Shown here in pieces: positions 36,831-43,844 of a stretch of DNA of 43,844 nt. Within the stretch, counting starts at the first letter, position 1. Each line of letters starts with the position of its first letter. A program made the translations under genes and the position numbers. Source of the stretch: Chiloscyllium plagiosum. Taxonomy: Eukaryota. The notes beneath the pieces were generated by a model. The model had not been told where the DNA came from and ran no database searches. It saw only the letters and a list, made by a program, of their open reading frames with translations. The stretch covers positions 36,490,585-36,534,428 of the forward strand of contig NC_057719.1 in assembly GCF_004010195.1 (NCBI RefSeq). The letters are read 5' to 3'.

Positions 36831-36924
36831 CCTTATGTATGTGATCTGCCTGTATTGCTCATAAGATAAAGCTTTTCACTGTGCCTCGGTACACTTGACA
36901 ATAAATTCAATTCAATTCAATTCA
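36831..36924 (+). mobile_element. LINE/SINE 3' tail with stem-loop, AATAAA and (TTCAA)n
   Basis: aaagcttttcactgtgcc-tc-ggtacacttgacAATAAAttcaattcaattcaattca. Confidence 0.6.
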
Positions 36925-36976
36925 GGTTGTATCACAGGTCTCTTGGCTTACTTTTGAGAAAGTTTATAGCCTTAAA

Positions 36977-37609
36977 TGTTGTCCTTAAACATTTAGACTA
37001 AAATGTAATTTTAAATTATAGAACACATTTGCGGCATACTAGAAAATGGTATGGCAGGGAAAATAAGATAAATAAGAACATTTGCCTTAACATCAGCAAA
37101 TCTGTATAAACAAGACACCGAGTGATAACATTCACGGCTGTTCCTTTGTGAAATTAATAAACAATGTTTAATTCTGATCTCGGAACGAAATCAGTATCAA
37201 ATTAACTTCTCTCCCGAATTATTGTCCTTCGTTATTATTTGTCTAGTTCGAACATGCAGTGCTTTCATTAACTTTTGTGTTTGTGACAGCAATGCCTTTG
37301 TAAACCTGTGTATAAAAATAGTTTGTTTTTGATAGTAGGACAGAGTAGCTGGCCAGGGCTCTTGAAAGAAGAGTGATTTCTCTCTCCTAGATTATTAGAA
37401 TCCAGTTAGCCTGACTTATAAGTGTCAGTGCTATGTTGTAACAGTAATGTTATTAATGATGGGGATAATTGAAATTAAACTAAACTGTCTGTAAGAATTC
37501 TTTTAATTCCAGACTTCCAAAGAGTACAATCTCCGTACGAACCGAGAGAGGCTTACAGGTCTGACTTCACAAGGGATTCTCTGGGCCATCTCATATCTGT
37601 ACGTTAACA
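36977..37609 (+). repeat. putative 5' LTR of endogenous retrovirus (left boundary uncertain)
   Basis: ends TTAACA just before the PBS; TATAAAA near 37311, ATTAAA near 37474; candidate TGTT start at 36977. Confidence 0.55.
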
Positions 37610-37612
37610 ATT

Positions 37613-37632
37613 TGGTGCTGCGAGCAGGGTTC
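37613..37632 (+). promoter_or_regulatory. tRNA-Ser primer binding site
   Basis: TGGTGCTGCGAGCAGGGTTC vs TGGCGCAGCGAGCAGGGTTC, the complement of the recalled vertebrate tRNA-Ser(TGA) 3' end; 2 mismatches. Confidence 0.75.
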
Positions 37633-38173
37633 CAACAAGGGCAACGCTTGAGTGAAACTGGAAAAGAGGAGCTTCACCTACAGGTCAGACCCAAGACTAA
37701 TGTGCCCACAAGGTAAGATTATACCTTGATTACTCTCAGTCTGTATCGTGTGTGGCTTCCCCCATTTCACTCTCATAGTACCCTGACGGAACCCTTTATG
37801 AGATTGTTTAAATAGGTACTAAAAACAGAAACTGTCAGGGTTTTAGAATGGCAAGAATGTTTTGCAGAAATAATTAGTCTTGTTGTTCATAGTCGCGTTG
37901 GTATCTTCTAAAATGTTCGTGGGTGTGTGGGAGAGAGAGAGTGAGAGAGTGCGAGCGGGACAGACAGACAGAAACTCAGCGCTGATTCCCTGCAGCTTGC
38001 AGAACATTTAACCCTTTGAGATTTGGTTCGGATGAACATTTGTTTGTTGGTGAGTGAATGTTTGTGTTTTGTGTCTGTTTTGCGATTTATGGGGTTGGAG
38101 CCCCTGTGTTTTGTGGGGTTGGAGCCCCTGTATATCAGTAGCTTTATGGAGATTTAAAGTAGGTGGGGTAAAT

Positions 38174-40131
38174 ATGGATGCAACTCTAGATAAGATGGAA
38201 GCTAAATGATAAAATAATAAGTCTGTATCCTAATTATGAGAAACAACTAAGGAGAATATCGGCTGCAGCTGCTCACCAGAATAAGGATTGGCCTCTAGGA
38301 GGCACACATGACTTAAATTAGATTAGATTAGATTACTTTACAGTGTGGAAACAGGCCCTTCGGCCCAACAAGTCCACACCGACCCGCCGAAGCGCAACCC
38401 ACCCATACCCCTACATTTACCCCTTACCTAACACTACGGGCAATTTAGCATGGCCAATTCACCTAACCTGCACGTCTTTGGACTGTGGGAGGAAACCGGA
38501 GCACCCGGAGGAAACCCACGCAGACACGGGGAGAACGTGCAAACTCCACACAGTCAGTCGCCTGAGGCGGGAATTGAACCCAGGTATCCGACGCTGTGAG
38601 ACAGCAGTGCTAACCACTGTGCCAATCTCCTCCGGTTCCCCCTCAAAACTCACTCACAATACGGCCTAGGCGAACACGCTTCATAAAACAAAAAGTCGCC
38701 TGAACTCCCCTCCCTAATCTGAGGACGAATGTGCCAAGGCCCATGTCCTTCCTCCAACTGTTCAGCTAAATAAGGATTCGGCTTACCATGAACCCGTAGC
38801 CCACCGCACTAGGAGTCAATTAAAAGTAAAACGTGGAGGAAACACTGAAGAGACTCCTTTGATTTCCACTGCCCCTATATTAATAAATCCCAAATTCATG
38901 GATGAATTGCAGTCAAAGTTTTGGGACCTTAATATCAGTCATTGCATTCACCCTGACGTGGGAGGGCCAAAGAGAAATGTCCCGAATAGAAGAGTTCCTA
39001 ACCCACAGGCCCTGAATCTGGGACAAGCCCAATTTGTGGATCTATATCAACCATGGAAACCTTGTGAACTCTCAAGCATTATCAATAAGGCTCCAGATTA
39101 TGGAAAGAATCCTGAGGGATTTGTTAATTACATTAATAGGACTAGGACCATTTATAATGCTGCCTCCCAAGACCTATTTCGCCTCTGAGAATGCACCCTT
39201 TCCCCTGAAAAATGGACGGAGTACAGTGTTATAATCATAGCCAGCTTGTAGTCTGACACAACGCCGAACCTAATAGATCTAATTGGATTATTACCTGTCT
39301 CCGCCAAGGAGTGCGTCATGCAGTTGATGTGGGTAAAGTCTTAACATATAAACCCAGCTTTGGCGAAGGGGTTGAGGAGTTCCTTACCTGTTTTAAGGAA
39401 TGCTAATGGCACTTAACTCTGTTGACGCTACCTACCCACAAGGGCAATCAACCCAATTTAATGCCCTATGTATGACCGTCTTACCTGATCAGGTACAGGA
39501 AGCTATTAAAACCCGCAACATCAGCTGGCAAGATGCCCGCGTTGCACATTTCAGCCGAGAGGTTTGTTACTTCTGGGAATTAAAGAATCCCAACAGTAAG
39601 GCTATCATTGGCAAAGTCAAGACAGAACATGCCCGAACTACAGGGGCTAAACCTCAACCCAGGATTCAAAATAGACGTTTCTGTCCGCAAGGTCAGTCAA
39701 ACTATCAAATGGAACCCTCATACTGTCATCCAGTATGGCAGGACAGTAGGCATGGTCCGTGTATTCACAACATCCCAATGGACCTTGGGGTCCTCCTATG
39801 TATCCTCTCCAACAGTCCATGATGCCCCTTACTCCCGATACATCCTCTCATTATTCTTCACTGCCTAGAGTCCCCCAGCAATCACATGTTTGTTTCAATT
39901 GTAATCAACCAGGACACTGGTCCAAGAACTGTTCTTTCCCAAAGCAGCCCCTGGTTGATCGCCGGAGTGGAAGCAACCTCTTGGTCGCCCTCCCCAGAGA
40001 CCTCAGCAGGTTGCCCCTTTTACCACACAAAACCCTTTTCCATCCTTGACACCTGTGTTACAGCTGTTCTTACCCAGCAATATGGCTCCTCTTGATGCCC
40101 AGTTGCATTTTATTCTACTAAGCTTGACTCT
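38174..40131 (+). mobile_element. decayed class I (gamma/epsilon-like) ERV gag plus short pol connection fragment
   Basis: matrix WPLGGT, PVAHRTRS, capsid PWKPCELSSIINKAPDYGKNPEGF...TIYNAASQDL, knuckle CFNCNQPGHWSKNC, then TKPF...AVLTQQYGSS*CPVAFYSTKLD. Confidence 0.8.
38318..38626 (-). mobile_element. HE1 SINE inserted in ERV gag
   Basis: antisense of 31860-32193, with a ttagattagatt tail; first about 10 nt missing. Confidence 0.93.
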
Positions 40132-40301
40132 GGGGATCCAAGATGGTGGCGACCCAGCAAGTCTGAGTCTACAGTGCTCTTCCCAAGACTTGGGCAAAGT
40201 GGGTCACCCACTCCCACCACACTCACTAAATCATTTAAAATAGCTGTTTAATTTAATTAGTTGCTTAGTATTAAGTTTAAACAATCTAATCTTCAGTAAA
40301 A

Positions 40302-41160
40302 ATGACTAAAGGGAAGGGAACCCGCAGCTCTCAGCAAGCAGGAACCCCTCCTCCACCCTCTCCAGCTGCAGCAGAGTCGTCCGCAGCCGCCCCGGGGGAC
40401 TTACCTACGGTGGCGAGCCTCGTGGAAATCATCTCCAAACTGGATGCGAAGATCGACGCTTTTATTGAAGAATCCCGAAGTCGATGGGACTCACTCTTGG
40501 CCGCGCTGCAAAAGCACGACCCGAGACATTAAGGAAATCAAGCGCCGAGTCAAAGGGGGGGAGCTAAAGGCCGCGACCTCCGAAACTACAACGCAATCGG
40601 CCGTGAATCGGGTCCGGACTCTCGAACAGCGAGTCCGAACCTTAGAGAATCATACTGATGACGTCGATAATCGAGGTCGCCGAAAAAATATTCATTTGCT
40701 GGGCCTTCCCGAACGGGAAGAGGAAGGCCAGCTTACAGCGTTTCTCGAACAGTGGCTGCCACAGCATTTAACTCTGGAGGCTGGATCAGGCCAGGTAAGG
40801 GTGGAATGGGCCTACCGGGTTGCAATACGCGGGCCCGGCTCGAACCAGCGTCCCCGCCCGGTCCTGTTCCGGCTGCAGAGCTATAAGGAGAGGCAGATAC
40901 TCCTAGAAGCCTCAAGAAATCTTGGAAAAGATTCCCAAGCCATGATCTATAAAGGATCCAAGATCATGTTATTCCAGGACTTTTCTCCAGCTCTGGTCCG
41001 AAAGAGGAAGGCATTTGATGAGGCGAAGAAGTGTTTAAGGGACTTAAATATTCAGTACTCCTTACACTACCCAGCGATGCTATGCTTTAACCATGAAGGA
41101 TCCGTATATAACTTCCGATCGCCAGAAAAGGCTAAGGAATTTTTGGACTCTCTTAGGTAA
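40302..41160 (+). pseudogene. L1 ORF1p (coiled coil, RRM, CTD), frameshifted near 40530
   Basis: DNRGRRKNIHLLGLPE...RPRPVLFRL...IMLFQDFSPALVRKRKAF. Confidence 0.88.
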
Positions 41161-41878
41161 ATTGTAAGAGATAAAGGATGTTGGTTTACCTTCTCCCCGC
41201 TCCGGTTTATATCCCTTTTTCTATCTTACTGTTTAATATTATCTTGGGGGGTGGGGAGAGGGATATATTTATTTGTTCTCTACTGAACGATTTTCTCCCC
41301 CCCCTTGGGTTTTTAAAAAATTATTCTATATATATATAAGCCGGAGGGTCTAGTTAATGTTGGTGGGGGGAGGCGGTTACCTTATTCTATTTTACCTCTG
41401 TCTCTAGGAGTGGGGTTGTTTTCCCTTGTTATTTTGTAGTATTATATTTAATTATTATTTGTTGAGGTTGTAATTTTACAGTTATATATGTTTATACATG
41501 GTATTAACATTACCAAATATATCCAGGTGTTGGTGTGGGTCGGGGGGTGGGGGTAGGGTACTTACTGTTAACTCTAGCTTTGTAGTATATTTGAATTCTC
41601 CTCATCCTATTGAGGTGCGCCTGGGTCAAGGGTAGGTCACTGGTTGGGAGAGGATACGATGGACCTTTGGAAAGGAAGTGACACCCCCGGGAACAAGGGG
41701 GAAAATCTTCATTTAAATACGTTTTATATTTATTTTATTATTTAGAAATAGTTTTTTATTATACTGTTGTGAGTGTATTAGAGAGCATTTATTTTTGTGA
41801 ATTTTATATGCTCTATGCTCGGCATGTTCTGCATAGGGTTTCCCCTCCCGAAGGGGTCTCGGATTTGCCCGGACGATT

Positions 41879-43844
41879 ATGGTTGATCAGTCGGTTAAGT
41901 GGTGCACCTGGAATGTCAAGGGGAGTAATTCGCCAGTCAAAAGGAAGAAAATATTATCAAATCTCAAGAAAGAAAGAGCTGATATAGCTCTCCTACAGGA
42001 GACACAGCTGTTGGATAAAGAACACTTGAAATTACGACAGGGTGGATTTGATCAGGCCTTTTTTTCTTCATTTAGCTCAAAAAATAGGGGAGTTGTTATT
42101 CTTATTCGGAATAATTTCCCTTTCAAAATCCAAAATCAGATAAAAGACGAATCTGGATGATATATTCTGATTAAAGCCCTTATAAATGGAGAGGAATATA
42201 GGATTTTAAATTTGTACTGCCCCCCCGGCACACCCCTTTAAATTTATAACGGAAGCCTTTTCAAAATTGATGGCTTTTGATGCCCGTCATATAATTATAG
42301 GGGGAGACTTTAATTGTATTATGGATCCGGAAATAGACAGGATTCCCAAGATTTTTCTTTTTACTCCAATCCACATAAATGTCATACCAGAATTAATATG
42401 TTTTTTGCCCCCTTGATTTTTAAAAATTCCATATCATCCTGTAAAATAGGTAGTATAGCAATTACCGACCACGCTGCTGTACATATGGAAATCAAGGCGA
42501 GGAACAACGGGACATCCCCTCAGCATTGGCGTATGGACCCCTTCCTGATGAAAGATAGTAAATTTGTAAAGTACTTCTCTCAAGAATTTAAAACTTTTTT
42601 AGAAATTAATTTAGGTACGGCTAGCAACCCATCAATGATGTGGGAGACCATCAAAGCTTACACGCGAGGTTTGATCATCTCATACTCAGCGACCCAGAAA
42701 AAATTAAAGGAAGAACAACAGCATCTGCTTGAAGCTCGCTTAAAAGCAGCTGAAACAGCATACGCTGATAGACCTTCTATTATCAAATTGCAAAGGATTA
42801 CGGCCCTTAGGACAGCTCTAAACACCAGGCTTACCCAAATGGCTAAGAGGGAAATAGTATTTGCAAAACGAAGGTTATATGAATTTGGCGACAAACCGGG
42901 TAGATACTTAGCATTTCTTGCAAAGAAAAAAAAGGCCCATCAAACTATCACGTCTATCAAGGAAAGTATGGGTATTTTGACTCATGATCATAAAAGGATT
43001 AATGCAATCTTTAGAAAATCTTATTCTGATTTATATAAATCACAGGATTGTGAAGACAGGACTAGGAGGATGCAATCATTTTTTAAAAATTTGACCTTTC
43101 CGGACCTAACTCCGGAACAGGTATCGGTCTTAAATGCTCCCCTAACAATCCAAGAAATACTTGACGCAATCAGGCAACTTCAGAGCGGTAAGGCACCTGG
43201 CCCAGATGGGTTTCAAGCTGAATTCTATAAAGAATTTACAGGAATATTGGCTGGTCCACTTATGGACATGTATAACTACGCATACAGTCAGGGATGTCTC
43301 CCGCCTTCGCTGAAAGTGGCAAATATCTCTCTTATCCTTAAAAAAGGGAAGGATCCAGAAGATTGTGCATCACACAGACCAATATCCTTGCTAAATGTAG
43401 ATTTTAAAATCCTTTCTAAAACGTTAGCATTGAGACTAGAAAGGGTATTGCCACATAGCATAAAGGAGAATCAGACAAGGTTTATTAACGGCCGTAGATC
43501 ATCTGATAATATTAGAAGGGTTTTGAATATGATTCAAGCCTGCCATCAGGGAAAGATACCAGGAGTAGTAGTCTCATTAGACACGGAAAAGGCATTCGAC
43601 AGGGTTGAATGGTCATATTTGTTTTACACATTGGAAAGGTTTGGCGTTGGAAAGGCGTTTATCAAATGGGTCTCAACATTGTATAGTGATCCCAAAGCAG
43701 TTGTGGTTACCAATGGATTAGGTTCGGATAGCTTCAATGTGGGTAGGGGCTGCCGTCAGGGATGTCCCCTCTCGCCATTGTTATTCACGCTAATAATTGA
43801 ACCACTAGCAGAAGCTATACGAGCTGATCCTAATATAACGGCCC
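41879..43844 (+). pseudogene. L1 ORF2p (APE endonuclease plus RT), stop at 42160, frameshift and deletion near 42350
   Basis: TWNVKG...IALLQET, GGDFN, KAPGPDGF, RPISLLNVDFKILSK, SLDTEKAFDRVEW, RGCRQGCPLSPLLF. Confidence 0.9.

Larger units (their letters stand above)
40132..43844 (+). mobile_element. L1 (LINE-1 clade) element with intact 5' end, running off the window
   Basis: starts GGGGATCCAAGATGGTGGCG; ORF1 40302-41160 with one frameshift; about 720-bp spacer; ORF2 from 41879. Confidence 0.92.

Noticed and set aside
29293..43844. Search for the upstream large WDR25 coding exon
   Set aside because: No matching peptide with splice sites found; it presumably lies beyond the window.

Overview
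Eukaryotic genomic DNA, almost certainly from a shark: it carries HE1 V-SINEs and HER1/CR1 LINEs, and the (AATCT)n SINE tails suggest a carpet or bamboo shark, though that is inference. The only host gene is the 3' part of WDR25 on the minus strand: five GT-AG coding exons at 29292-29145, 19487-19357, 16009-15839, 14021-13881 and 2329-2108, in a continuous frame. Its upstream exons were not found in the window. The introns are packed with decayed mobile DNA: a Gmr1-type Gypsy element (integrase before RT, SCAN-like gag) with three LTR pieces; a class I (gamma/epsilon-like) endogenous retrovirus with a tRNA-Ser PBS, interrupted by an HE1 SINE and a 5'-intact L1; many CR1 pieces; MITEs; and at least three families of Penelope-like elements (PLEs) carrying minimal hammerhead ribozyme motifs. 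The most striking small structure is a 202-bp palindromic, hammerhead-bearing, non-coding insert flanked by a perfect 13-bp direct repeat (28459-28686). No database searches were run; family calls rest on recognised motifs, and most repeat boundaries are approximate.
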